This document shows positions 1 to 12,900 of a stretch of DNA of 64,000 nucleotides, in pieces. Position 1 is the first letter of the stretch; every line of letters begins with the position of its first letter. The DNA is from Takakia lepidozioides (Eukaryota; Plantae; Bryophyta). The stretch covers positions 49,538,001 to 49,602,000 of the forward strand of contig CM060731.1 in NCBI GenBank assembly GCA_030704615.1, written 5' to 3'. A program made the position numbers and the translations under genes. The notes beneath the pieces were generated by a model. It had not been told where the DNA came from and made no database searches. It worked only from the letters and a program-made list of their open reading frames with translations.

Positions 1-155
1 GAACATGGAACGTGCACCAGTGAAGACATGATGAGCTGGAGAGCTTTGCAACCAGATGAGTAGCAAGCAGGGGCTGTAGCCTAGATTGGATGGTGTAGGA
101 TACTCCTTTACAGTGAGGATGTGGTTTTTTAACGGCCTGTGTGATGGTGATGCAG

Positions 156-543
156 TCGGAATCAGTAGGTGCTGCAAAGCAGTGTGTGGAGGAAATTAAG
201 GCCAAAGGAATAAGCTCCATTGGTGTAGCAGGCTTCTGTTGGGGAGGTATTCCTTTTTAGCTGTTCTGATTGTTTTTCTTTCAAGCATTACTACTACTGT
301 CATCTTTTGCTGGATACGCTCAACATTATCTGGTCCTGTCCCTTTCCCAAAATTGCTTTCGTAACGTCCATGATATATAAACTAAAACAATTTGCTCTCA
401 GGCTGTCCACATTTGGATCTGTCTTGGTTGATATATCTCTACTGTTTGTGCAGCAAAAGTTGCAGTTCTTCTTGGAAAGGAGGAGATTATTCAAGCGGTT
501 GTGCAGCTACATCCCTCCGGGATTGAAACTACAGACTATGAAG
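156..543 (+). pseudogene. Two exons of a dienelactone hydrolase-family (alpha/beta hydrolase) gene; downstream exons absent
   Basis: Exons 156-246 and 454-543, joined by a GT-AG intron, read SESVGAAKQCVEEIKAKGISSIGVAGFCWG-AKVAVLLGKEEIIQAVVQLHPSGIETTDYE with the GxCxG nucleophile motif. The second donor is GC. The 5' part may lie upstream of the window. Confidence 0.75.
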
Positions 544-750
544 GCCAGTCCCATTTCTGTATTCTGTGATATGTTATGGTTGTATTTTGTGTTCACTTGC
601 CAGGTATTTTTCTGGATGCTTGTAATCTTCAGTTGAGGCTTGTTTAACACCTTTTTTTCTGGAAGCACGGAGTATGACTTCAAGCATTTTCTAGATAATT
701 TGATTATATTTCTTGCAATGGACTTCTCACATTATCTACCTATATTGCAG

Positions 751-1494
751 GATGAGCTGTGTGATGTTGTTCTCCTTGTATTTGCCAACAAGAAAGATTT
801 GCCAAATGCAATGAATGCTGCAGAGATCACTGACAAGCTTGGACTGCACTCATTGCGTCAACGCCACTGGTAATTGTCTTTGTCTCTCATCCCTGGCTCT
901 GCAGAATGGTAGTAGTGTGCCACTTCATCCCTTGCTATTTGGTGGTTCGTGGAGATATCCTGTTCTGAATGCCCAACCCCCCCCCCCCCCCCCCCCGCCT
1001 TGTCCCCAAATATTTTAGTAAGGCAGGGCCTGTGACATGAATTGAGACCATTGGAGTTAAAGCAAGGAAATAGTCTGTTCATATAAACTTACAGTGAAAA
1101 TCAATATAATAGTGAAGAGTACTTTTTAATGGATTGCAACTGGATGTGAAAATACATCTTTTTGTAAGGAGGGTGATTGTTCACTTGCCTTTCGTGTTCC
1201 AGGATGTAGAGGTTGCTTGGTGCATGCGACAAACTTTTTGGTAGCCATCGTGAATGCGTTGTTGGCATGTGAAAAGAGAGGAACATTCTGGGATAGAAGA
1301 AACAGTTAGACCATGACATTTAACGAACACTGCTGATACTATTATAGATTTAATAAACCTATCTTCAGTTTGCTCTGAATACAGACACTCCTTTCTTGTG
1401 GAACTGCAACAAGTACATTCAAAGCACATGTGCTACATCTAGAGAGGGATTATATGAAGGTCTTGACTGGCTCTCAAGCAACATTGCCAATAAG
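751..1494 (+). pseudogene. ARF: Two 3'-region exons of an ADP-ribosylation factor (ARF1-type GTPase), degenerate fragment
   Basis: 751-869 reads [40 protein letters not shown] and 1413-1494 reads [27 protein letters not shown]. Conserved residues are changed (NKQD to NKKD, SGEG to SREG), the second acceptor is AA not AG, and no 5' exons are present. Confidence 0.9.
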
Positions 1495-1589
1495 GTAAGG
1501 TGTAAAGTTATGTGTATCAAGACTAACTCTGTTATCTAAGCTTTAACTTCCGCAAGCATGGAACCTTGGAAACTTTGTGGTTAAGACCT

Positions 1590-3401
1590 GGAGTAACCAT
1601 ATCACGGTTGTTTGCGTTTGCAATGCGTGTGCGAGCCTGGAAGCCTTGGAAAAGGGCAAAGAGGTCCATGGTTATATCGTCGAAGCTGGAATAGTACCAG
1701 ACGTCATTCTGAACACTACCCTGGTGGACATGTATGCCAAATGTGGGAGCATTGAAGATGCATAGGGGTTGTTCGACAATATGACTGAACAAAATGTGGT
1801 GTCATGGAACGCGTTGATTGCAAGAAATGCACAGCCAGGACGCGGGATGGAGGCTTTGGAGACCTTTGAGCAGATGATGTGGGAAGGGGTGAAGTCCGAC
1901 CGCATCACGTTTGTTTGCATTTGCAAGGCATGTGCAAGCTTGGCAACTCTCGAAAAGGGCAAAGAGGTCCATGGTGACATCGTCACCAATTTCTATTCTG
2001 CACAGTACCTTTGTGGACATGTATGCCAAATGTGGGAGCATTGAAGATTCAAAGGGAGTGTTCGACACTATGGCTGGATGTGATGTGGTGTCATGGAACG
2101 CAATGATTGCAGGATATGCACAGCAGGGGCACGGGACTGAGGCTTTGCAGACATATGAGCAAATGATGGAGGAAGAGGTGAAGCCCAACCATATCACGTT
2201 TGTTTGTGTTGCAATGCATGTGCAAGCCTAGCAGCCTCAAGTGGAATAGGGCAAAGAGGTCCATGGTGCCATCGTCAGAGCTGGTATTGTACCAAATGTC
2301 ACTCTCATGAACAATGCCCCTCGTGGACATGCATGCCAAATGTGGGAGCATGGAGGATGCAAGTTCAACAAAATGGCCGAACGAGATGTGGCGTCCTGGA
2401 ATGCTATGATTGCAGGATATGCCCAGCATGGTTGTCATAGGGGAGCCCTGCAACTATTTGAAGGAATGCAAACGGAAGGCTTGAAGCCAGACAGTATCAC
2501 CTTTATATGTGTTCTCTCTGCATGCAACCACACTAGCCTACTGGATGAAGGAAGACACTACTTTGATCCCTGAGTCAAGATCATGGTGTCTCTCCGACAG
2601 TAAAGCACTTTGGCTGCATGGTGGACCTTCTGGACATATGGGGTAATTGGATGCAGCCACACTGGCCTACTGGATGAAGGAAGACGCTACTTTGATTCCC
2701 TGAGTCAAGATCATGGTATCTCTCCGACAGTAAAGCACTTTGACTGCATGGTGGATCTTGAATACATGGAGCAATCGGATGAGGCAGAGGACCTTAACAC
2801 TAAAATGCCAATGGAACCAGATGTTGTGGTATGGATGGCCTTGCTTGGTGCCTGCAGAAGCCATGGCAATGTGGAGATGGCTGAACGTGCGGCAACATCT
2901 ATTCTTAGTGGATGACCAAGATGTTGTGACTTACGTGTTGCTATCAAACATCTATGCTGCAGCTGGCAATAGTGCAAAGGTGAGAGAGATGATGAAGGTC
3001 AGAGGGGTTAAAAAGGAGCCAGGTTGCTGCTGTATTGAGGTTGGGAACATGGTGCACACCTTTGTTGTAGTTGACAAATTGCATCCCAAAATTACTGAAA
3101 TCCATGCTAAGCTGAGAAGATTGTCTGGGCAGATGAAGGAGGCAGGGTATTGCACACACTTTGTATTACATGGAGCAAAATGAATTTTCTCTTTGTCACC
3201 ACAGTGAGAAGCTGGCCATTGGTTTTGGGCTCATCAGCACGACCCCTAGGACGCCTCTCTGTCTCATCAACAATCTTTGGTGACTGCCATACCTCCACCA
3301 AATTCATCTCCAAGAATTTTGGCCGAGCAATTGTTGTACGGGACGCGAACCGCTTTCATCACTTTGAAGATGGGGTTTGTTCTTGTGGGGATTACTGGTG
3401 A
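1590..3401 (+). pseudogene. PLS-class PPR protein with E and DYW domains (organellar RNA-editing factor), frameshifted
   Basis: Repeated motifs LVDMYAKCGSIEDA, VVSWNAMIAGYAQ, KPNHITFVCV; E domain WMALLGACRSHGNVEMA; PG box KKEPGCCCIEV; HHSEKLA; ends [22 protein letters not shown]. Many stops and frameshifts. Confidence 0.95.
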
Positions 3402-4692
3402 AAAGTTGTTATTGTGGAAAGGTGCAACGGTACATTCCCCTGTTTCTTATTTGACACAATGACATTGGTACCAACAGTTGAAATCCTACTGTTTCCATGA
3501 CGAATCATGCTTCATCTATATGGTTCGTTCTCAATCCTTTGGAAATTTTATGAATGCAACAGAGTGCATATCCATATTTCTTTCAAAGTGGGTATCCAAC
3601 TTCCATCTCAAACCTTGCATGCATGCTTTCCTCCCATTTGGGATGGGAATGGTATTATGCTTTTATGGTTTCATGATACCATTCATGACTAATGGTATCA
3701 TTCCCTTGTACAGGCACTTTATGCACATATGCACTCTTACTTTCTGCATGTGTTGTCAATCATAGTATGATAACTTCTAATCTTCATCCATGATGGTTCA
3801 TTCATCCCAAAAGCTCTCCAACTTACATGTAAAAGCAATCATGCATGCATCTATCCCATGCATCTATCCCATGATTTTATCAGATGACAATCGCAGGCCC
3901 TAAAGCAGCAGTCCATGAGAATGTTGCATGCCAGTCCAAGCCATGAGCAGCCCCACGTATATTGTTCTTAAGCATCTTCACATCCTTATGTCACATGACC
4001 TTGTAGGGAAATTCTGGCACATAATTGGACATATGTAAGCACACATGAAGTTGCATTGACTCCACTTGGGTAGGGTGAGTGCGTTCCAGAAATGAGGGGC
4101 CCTGTGAGAGACGCAAGCCCAGTGTCAAGTGAAGATATCATCAGCAATGAAAAATTCTCTTTGGTTAACCACTTAGCCTTAAATAACTCTATAATTAGCA
4201 TATTGTCGATCGAGTGGGTGCTTTCAAAGTGACAAGAATCTCAACTAGTTTGTCGTAGCTCCTCCATAAGGGGAGGCAAGAGAAAGTTTATCATCTTCAG
4301 ATAGCACAAGGAAGATGATAACAAATAGATGATTTGGCATTAGAGCACTGAGGGAGCTACACTAGCAAGCATTATTTTAAAGTAATCCACAACAACTAAG
4401 TTAGATTTAGATCTCGAATTGGAGGATGGAATTCCATAAGTGGTTCTCTTAGGTAGTGACAAAGACATAGCATGCATATCCTGAACACAAGCATGATATC
4501 TCGGTGGAAGCAAGGAAAACCAAACATGCTACCTTTTCGTCAAATAATTCAGTTGAAAACCTTTCTGGGTGCATGAAGGCTGCCCACACACTTGCTACAA
4601 GAATAGAGTGGCCATCAGATTACACAGGATTTGAGGCTCTTTCATGCCCAAAGCGTCACTGACTTCCTGCAAAACTCACAGAGGCCCCTATT

Positions 4693-6320
4693 CTATACAA
4701 CACTAAAGTCTGCTTCATCCAAACGCCCTGCACGGCCAAGAAGGTCAACCATGTAACCATAAGGCAACTTTGTTGGTGTGATACCATGAATTTGACTCAT
4801 AGAATGGAAGTGATGACAGCCCTCATCTAGTAGGCCCGCGTGACTGCATGCAGAGATGATTCCAATAAAAGTGATGTTGGTCGGTTTCACCCATTCCTGT
4901 TGAATCCCTTCAGAGTTTTAGGGCCTCAATACCCAAACCATGCTGGGCATATCCTACAATCATAGCATTCCATGACGCTGTGTTCTTTCCAATAATTTTG
5001 TCAAACACTTGTCTTGCATCCCCAAGATTCCCGCACTTGGCATACATGTCAATAAGAGTAGTACCCACTAACATATCTGACTCAAATCCAGAATTGACCA
5101 TGTGGTCATGGACCTTCCTACCTTTATGCAAGGGGGCCGCTAACTTGGAGCATGCGCTAAGGATACTAATGAAAGTGATTTGGTCAGGCTTGACACCTTC
5201 TCTTTGCATTTGCTAATAGAAATCAAATGCTTGCGCACCACGTCATTGCTGAGATAACCCTAAAATGATCATATTCCATGAGAACACATCTCCTTTGGGC
5301 ATTTTGTCAAACACTTGGCTTGCACCCACCACATCCCCACACTTGCAGTTAATGCTGACAAGGGCAGTGCCCATAAGGAGATCTGACTCAAATCCAGCCT
5401 GATGATGCTCGCATGGAAATGCTTGCCATGTTCCCCTGTTCCCGGCTGCCACATGCTTTCAGGATGCTCATAAAGGTGACCTTGTTAGGCTTCACGTGTG
5501 TCTGTTGCATTCGCTGAAAGTATTCACTTGCCTCTTCGCTATGCCCTTCCTCAGCTAGTCCTTCAATCATCGCAGTCCATGCAATAACATTATGTGTATG
5601 CATATTGTTAAAAACTTGGTGCGCATTCACTACACTCCTGCACTTGCAAATACATGCTGACAAGAGCATTGATTACTTGGAGATCTGACTCAAATCTAGC
5701 TATCTTGATTTCGGCATAGACCCGCTCGCCTTGTTCCACAGTCACGGCACATGCATTGAGGATGCTCATGAAGGTGACCTTGTTGGGCTTCACGCCTTCT
5801 TGTTGCATACGGAAGTAACAAAAAGCCTCTTCCAGCTTTGACGATATCACCATGGACCTCTTTGCCCTTTTATAGGGCTGCCACGCTCGCACACGCATTG
5901 CAAACGCGACAAACGTGATATGGTTGGGCTTCACCCCTCTGTGCATCATTTGCTCATAGGTCTCCAAAGCCTCCATCCCACACCCGTGTTGTGCATATCC
6001 TACGATCATCTTCATTCAGCCATCCGAACACTCCTTTGCATCTTCAATACTCCCACATTTGGCATACATATCCAGCAAGGCAATGTTCAAAATGACGTCT
6101 GGTACTATTCTAGCTTTGACAATATCACCATGGACCTCTTTGTCCTTTTCCAAGGTTGCCAGGCTCGCACACGCATTGCAAACACAAACAAACGTGATAT
6201 GGTTGGGCTTCACCCCTCCGTGCATCATTTGCCGTAGGTCTCCAAAGCCCCCATCCCGCACCCACGCTGTGCACATCCTATGATCATCGCGTCACATGAC
6301 ACCACATTTCGTTCAGCCAA
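4693..6320 (-). pseudogene. Second PLS-class PPR pseudogene, convergent with the first, truncated before E/DYW
   Basis: Minus-strand fragments with LIDMYAKCGNLGDARQVFD, SWNAMIVGYAQHG, KPNKVTFMSILKAC and MVDLLGRAGRLDEA, broken by frameshifts. Confidence 0.92.
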
Positions 6321-6480
6321 ACTTCTTCACCTCATACATTAAGAGAAAGCCACACCTTGCGATTACGGTTGTCCCACCATCGTGAAGGATCTTTAAAGAA
6401 CTCATGCCAGCTCCGCTCCGTGGTCCAAGGTAGAGGTTTGTGCCCGAAAATCCGCAGCATCAACATTTTGACAAGTTCCT

Positions 6481-7302
6481 TGTTAGAGGGCTGCTTAGGA
6501 CTTAGACGCTTTTACGGGTTCTGTGGGGTACCCTTAATTTTTGCGCAGATTGAGACAAACAGGAGCCTTAGGGGTGGCAGCAGCAGGCTTTAGGGGGGTT
6601 ACACAGCCCGACACAGCCGACACAGCCTTACACAGCCAGTCACAGCTCGACACAGCTCGACACAACCTATCACAGTACATGGGGAACAGTTATCATTGGC
6701 AGGGAACGACGGTGAGGGAACGACATCTGCAGAAGGAACGTGTTACTTCAGGGATGACGGTTAATTAGTTAGGTGGTTAGAACAGCTTGCGGGCAGATAA
6801 GGGGAGCGGCAACGGAAAGGGGGAGTTTACGAAGAGCGTTGGTGGGTGAGGGGAAGAGGGAATCAGGTGGAGAGCAAGAACAAGAGCAGAAAGAAGGAGA
6901 AAAGATGAACAGTAGATGCTTATTTCATGCAGAGCTGTAGTGATACTGTAGGGCGGATTAGAGTCACCTTGACATTGGCCTAGTACGTGATAAATTGTAA
7001 TCTGATACTTATTCGATACAAGCACACTGTGTAGAGAGACATGAGTGAAGCTGTGAAATGAATGCATGATTAACTGGAACTAAGAAGATACTAAAGCAAT
7101 CTGATGCTTCAGTATCAGATAAGATAAATTGATAACATGAAGGCAAGAAGGAATACAAATGGGAAGCACAACCATGATTCACTAGCTGCAGGTCATGACT
7201 GATTGTACTGAGCGGGCTGAGTGCTTAGAGATATCCAACTCTTCTATCTTGGAGTTTCCACCTCGGATAGCGAAGGGATGGGTGAGTAAAAGCCGTTCGA
7301 CA
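6481..7302 (+). repeat. 5' LTR (822 bp)
   Basis: TGTTAGAGGG...GCCGTTCGACA; near-identical to 18128-19009 apart from a shorter CACAGCC tract. Confidence 0.97.
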
Positions 7303-7304
7303 TT

Positions 7305-7322
7305 TGGCGACCATACTGGGGA
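7305..7322 (+). promoter_or_regulatory. Primer-binding site, probably tRNA-Arg type
   Basis: TGGCGACCATACTGGGGA 2 nt after the LTR; resembles the Ogre-type TGGCGACTCCACTGGGGA tRNA-Arg PBS. The tRNA identity is inferred. Confidence 0.8.
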
Positions 7323-7395
7323 ACTAAGTCTTGAACAACCAGATGTGACAGACATCTGGTGGGATCATGTTGGTTAGAGAATTAAAGAATTTGAT

Positions 7396-9904
7396 GTGAA
7401 TCAAATTCCCTGTGAAACTGAGAAGGAAAGATTGTCCAAACAATTCTTTCAGAGGTTCTTGGAATTGCCAGACGGTTGTAAAGAAAACATTCTTAAGAGA
7501 GTGCATGATGCTGACCCTGAGTGGGGTCTGGAGAAAGGGGTGATAAAGATTTATCAGGTGGCCTGTAGGGGAAGAGCACGTTGGTTACCAACACTGGTTT
7601 ATGTGATAGCATTGCTATCCATTAAGCGAGTAGAGTTTGAAGGCTGGGAGGAAAGGAAGGTGAATGTTTATACTCATATGCATGAAGAGCTTGTACTGGT
7701 AAAGAATTGGATTCCAAAGGATATTATGTGGATCAAACTCACACCAAGAACAGCTTTCCAGACTTGTTTGCCGTATGGTTATATGGTAACGAAGACATTA
7801 GTATAGCCAAGGGTGCATTGAAGCTTGAAAGAAACCCAGGCATATACAAGAGATACTACAGAAGACAGCTTTGGTTACTGCCACATTGAAGAAATGAAAG
7901 ACATGGGACATGAGTGATGAAAGAGAAGCTAGACTCCAGAGATATTCAGCAAAAAGAGAAAGTTATCTGAAAGCTAATTATCCATATCTTTGGGAGAGAG
8001 GAATAGACATAGGGGAATCATCTGGACCTCTCACACCATTAAGATCAAAGAGTACATCACCCATACCGGAAGAACTAGAGTTGGATGCCACTCCTTCTTT
8101 TTCTTTGCAAGAAAGATTAAAGGAATTGGTACGGGAAGAAGATCAACCACGAGGTGAAAGATCTGAGGTACATCCCTGGATAAAAGAATTGACAGAAATC
8201 TTTGATAAGAGTTGGCATGGAACACCAAAAGCAAGAACTCTAGTTTCTGAAACGGAAGGTGAAGAAGGAGGAGAGGATGTGGCAGAGCCAACGGAGAGTT
8301 CAGACTCTCCAACACCATTGCAGTTGAGTTACATGAGTGAAGAAGAAACCCAAGGGCAGAACTTGGAGGATGAAAACAGAGAGAAGAAATTGGAAGAGGA
8401 AGAGTATGAAGAAGTAGACCCAACAGCTGAGGTTGAGACTACAACCAGGACATCCCAACCCGTTGGACCTGGATCAAGTGGAGCACTTGGATCATAGGCC
8501 AACGAAGGTGTCGGCTCAGGGGGATCAGGCGGGCAGCCTGGATCTGGCTTTGGGGGGACAGGGAGTGTGGGAAGTAGTGCAACTGGAGCTGGGAATACTG
8601 TGAATATCGTGGGGCCAGTAGCAGGAAGTGCTCAGGGGCCACCACTTGGTGGAAGATCCACCACAACTACAATAGGTCCTCAAGGACCAGCACCAGCAAG
8701 GGGCCAGCATCTGTCAGTGGGCAGAGGGTAGGGCCACAGATGGCGTTACAACCAACACGGGCAAAACCACATTTTCCAATATATTCAGGAAAAGGGGATC
8801 CCGATATACACATTAGCCAATTTGAGCACATGTGTATTGTGAACAATGAGAATGGCAAGGATGCCAAGATGAGATTGTTTCCTTGTTCACTTATCAAGAA
8901 AGCAAGTGAATGGTATGCAAGATTCCCTGATAATCATTTCCTAACCTGGAATGGCTTAAATACAACATTCCGAAATAGGTTCAGGACAAGTAAAACTGAG
9001 GATGAAGTGTATGGAAGTTTACAACAGTTAAAGCAAAAGAAGCATGAAACTGTTGAGGAGTATATGGAAAAAATGGAATTGATGATGAAAAAGCTGGCTG
9101 CTGTACCAGCACCAGGTTTACAGAAGACTTGGTTTGTGAGTGGACTAAGACCAGAGTTGCAAAAGAAAGTGGATATGTTACCCCATAATACAGTGGAGGA
9201 GGCATTTGAAACAACAAACAGAATCAAGCAATTGGGAATGCTCAGGAGAGAGAAAAAGGTTGATGAGGACTCTGAGGATGAGTCAGATGAGGAAGAAGAA
9301 CAGGAGCTGAAAAGGAAGAGTAAGAGGAAGGAAAAGTTAAAGAGGGATAACTATGAGAAAAGATTAGAAGAAATCTTGAAGAAGTATGCCACAGAGGCTG
9401 CAACACATTGGAGGAAGGGGGGAATTACCAGCCAGGGAATCAGGATTACAGAATTAATCCTAGAGCAGACCAAGGGCGAGGACCCAATGGTGAACATCCT
9501 CATTCACTTCCTCTTCTCTTTCAGAATCAGAGGAATCTGCCATAGGAATATCAGTACTCTTCTGCATTTCTCTTATGGTATCTGCCACTTCTTTGTGCAG
9601 TTCTTTCTCATCTCTCCAAGCCTCATCATCTTCAGGCACATCACTGCCATCTTCATTATCATCACCTTCCTCAACTACTGGAGGTATTAGTTTGGCTTTG
9701 CTTCTCGTTACTATCATTGTACTTACTTCTGGTACAACACATGGCCTAACCATGTGAGCTGCCACCACTGGCCCCTCATTCACAGGAGCTCTCATCTCAT
9801 TTTGGTGTCTGATCCAGAATGGACAGGCTGCCTTGCGATGTCCTGCCTGATTACAATAGTAAGTAATATGCCAATCCAAAGCGGAGATTACCATTGGACA
9901 GCTA
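7396..9904 (+). pseudogene. gag: gag with long N-terminal extension; disrupted and containing an internal inversion
   Basis: FPIYSGKGDPDIHISQFE...LKQKKHETVEEY...WFVSGLRPEL (retrotransposon gag). The CCHC knuckle lies on the opposite strand within 9493-9862. Confidence 0.88.
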
Positions 9905-12900
9905 TTGGCTGTGGCACCTTATTGTAGACACATGCTGTATCAAGCAATCAATCGAATTGCCCATGTGACAGGGAACACAGACCTGAACAGCAATGTGACA
10001 AGTTATAATGTGAAGCCGGAAGGGCGAGAAACAGTCATGGACTTTGATGATTCTATGCCAGTAATCCAATTGAGAATTGGAAGCACAGAACTAACTGATG
10101 TACTGATAGATGGAGGCTCTGGAGTGAATATCATGACAGACCAATTAAGGCAGAAGCTTGGTCTAAGTAACATGAAACCAGCCCCATTTACAGTAACAAT
10201 GGCAGATCAAAGAAGTGTACAGCCATTGGGATTGATAAGAGGAGTTAAGATACAGATTCAAAAGATGATCTTTATGATCACAGTAATTGTGTTGAAAATG
10301 GATGAAGTCATGGAGGCTTACTCCTTATTATTGGGACGTCCATGGCTGGTATTCCATGACTGGAATTCCCAGTTACTAACTGTGCATAATGGGATGCACA
10401 AGATACAAATTACCACTAAGAAATCTAGTAGATTACCTGCTACGAGAAGACCTCGAGGGGTCAGGGAGTATGACTGGAGGGGAGGACTGGATGAGGAACA
10501 GGAAGCTACCCTATTCGCTGCACACCCAGAGTGGGAGCAGGTTGCAGAGATGCAGCTGGAAGGCCTAAGTTGTTTAAAAGGTATCTGCTGTGGTGTAGTG
10601 ACAGCAACACCAATTGAAGGCGAAATAAGCAGTTACCCACCACATTTTTATGAAGAAAGAGAAGGAGAAATGGAAATCCTAGAGGAACCAGCCACTGTGA
10701 GTTTACAGGATGAAGTGGTGACTGGTTGGACAATCACAGCTGATGAGCAGGTGAGAGAAGTGAATGTGGGAACTGAAGAGGAACCGAGGATGGTGAAGGT
10801 AGGGGCTGATTTGGAGCCAGAATTCTTTGAGGAAGCTAAGAGTTTGTTCATCAAATACAGAGATGTATTTGCTTGGAGCTATAAGGATCTAAAAGGGATA
10901 CCACCTGAGATCTGTCAACATAAGATTGAACTGGAACCAGGGTCAGTACCAATCAAACATGCAAGGTACAGAATAAATCTCAACTATGCACAGAAGGTTG
11001 GAGAAGAGATCAAGAAGTTGGCTGAGGCTAAGTTTATATACCCGATAGAGTATACAACTTGGTTGTCACCCATTGTGATAGTTCCCAAGAAGAATGGTAA
11101 ACTGAGAGTTTGTGTGAACTATAAGAAGTTGAATGCTTGCACGAAGAAAGATCCTTTCCCTTTGCCATTCACAGAAGCGGTATTGGACACTGTGGCAGGC
11201 CATGAGATGTACTCATTCATGGATGGCTTCAGTGGTTATAATCAAGTGCAAGTGGCAGAAGAAGACCAGGGAAAGACAGCTTTCATCACAGACTGGGATG
11301 CTTATGCATACAAAGTCATGCCTTTTGGACTTTGTAATGCACCAGCAACCTTTCAGAGAGTGATAAGTGAATCTTTTCATGAGTATCTGGATGATTTCAT
11401 GCAGGTGTTCTTGGATGATTTCAGTGTGTACAGCTCTAAGAATGAGCACTTGCATAAATTGGAGTTATGTTTGGCTAGATGCAGGATGAGAGGTTTGGGC
11501 CTGAATCCAGAGAAGTGTACTTTTTGTGTGAACTCAGGGGTGCTTTTGGGACACATTGTGTGTAAGAGGGGACTTCTTGTGGATCCTAGGAAGACAGAGG
11601 CCATTAAAGCCTCTCCACCACCAGTAAATGTTAAGAGTCTAAGGAGATTCCTTGGACAAACCAATTATTACAGAAGATTTGTCAAAAGGTATGCACAGAT
11701 AGCAGCACCATTGAGCAAGCTTCTGAAGAAAGATGCAGTGTTTGCATGGACAGCTGAATGTCAACAGACTTTTGAGGAACTTACATTGTCAGTAACAACT
11801 ACACCTGTGCTGATTAACCCTCACTGGCATGTAGTATTTCATGTTCACTGTGATGCCTCAGGAGAAGCGTTGGGAGCGGTGTTAGCCCAAAATGTTACAG
11901 GAAATATAGATTCACCGGTGTACTATGCTAGCAGGTTGATGAACAGTGCTGAAAGGAACTATAGCACAACTGAAAGAGAAGCACTGGCAATGATTTATAC
12001 AGTCAAGAAATTCAGGCATTACCTATTGGGAAGAAAGTTTATGTTTTATGTGGATCATCAGGCTCTGATATATCTGGTGAACAAACCTTTGATAAGTGGA
12101 AGGATAGCAAGGTGGTTAATAATCTTGCACGAGTTTGAGTTCGAAGTTGTTTACAAGCCTGGCCGTTTGCATCTTGTGGCAGATCATTTGTCACGCCTAA
12201 CAACAGGAGAGCCCGCCACAGGAGTAGACGACCAATTGCCTGATGCGAGTTTATTTGCAATGGAGGTGCAAGGAAGTGCAGATGAATGGTTAGATTGGCA
12301 GTGGCCAATCAGATACTACCTTACTCATGGTCAGTGCCCACCTAGTTATGGTAAGGAGCAGAGGAAGAGAATCGCTATCAAGGCTTTACCTTATACTATG
12401 GTAGGGGGCAGAATGTATAAGCTAGGACCTGATGGAGTACTTAAACGATGCTTGTACCACCATGAAGTAAATAAAGTTTTGGAGGAAGTTCATAAAGGAG
12501 TGGCTGGAGGGCATTTTGGAGAAGAGACTACCAGTAGGAAGATACTACTTGCAGGTTACTGGTGGCCTACTTTGTTCAAGGATGTACACAAGTATTGTCA
12601 GAGTTGTGATGAATGTCAGAGGCTAGGACCTTTGCAGAGATCTGGGAAGATGACTTTGCATCCTATGATGCCTACTGAAATGGGGACTAGACTTTGTTGG
12701 ACCAATTAACCCACCGCCCAAGAATACACAAAACAAGTATATAATTACAGCCACTGATTATACTATGAAGTGGGTGGAAGCTAAAGCTGTGAGGGACAAC
12801 ACAGCCAAGTCCACAACAAGGTTCCTGTATGAGAACATACTTACACGATTTGGCTGTCCCTTGGAATTTATCAGTGACCAGGGAAGTCACTTCATTAATG

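Noticed and set aside
1590-3401. Functional DYW editing factor with stops repaired by editing
   Set aside because: Lesions include frameshifts and deletions in a nuclear gene.
9493-9690. Hydrophobic, TM-like C-terminus of the 8740-9690 gag ORF
   Set aside because: It is the antisense reading of the inverted acidic linker.
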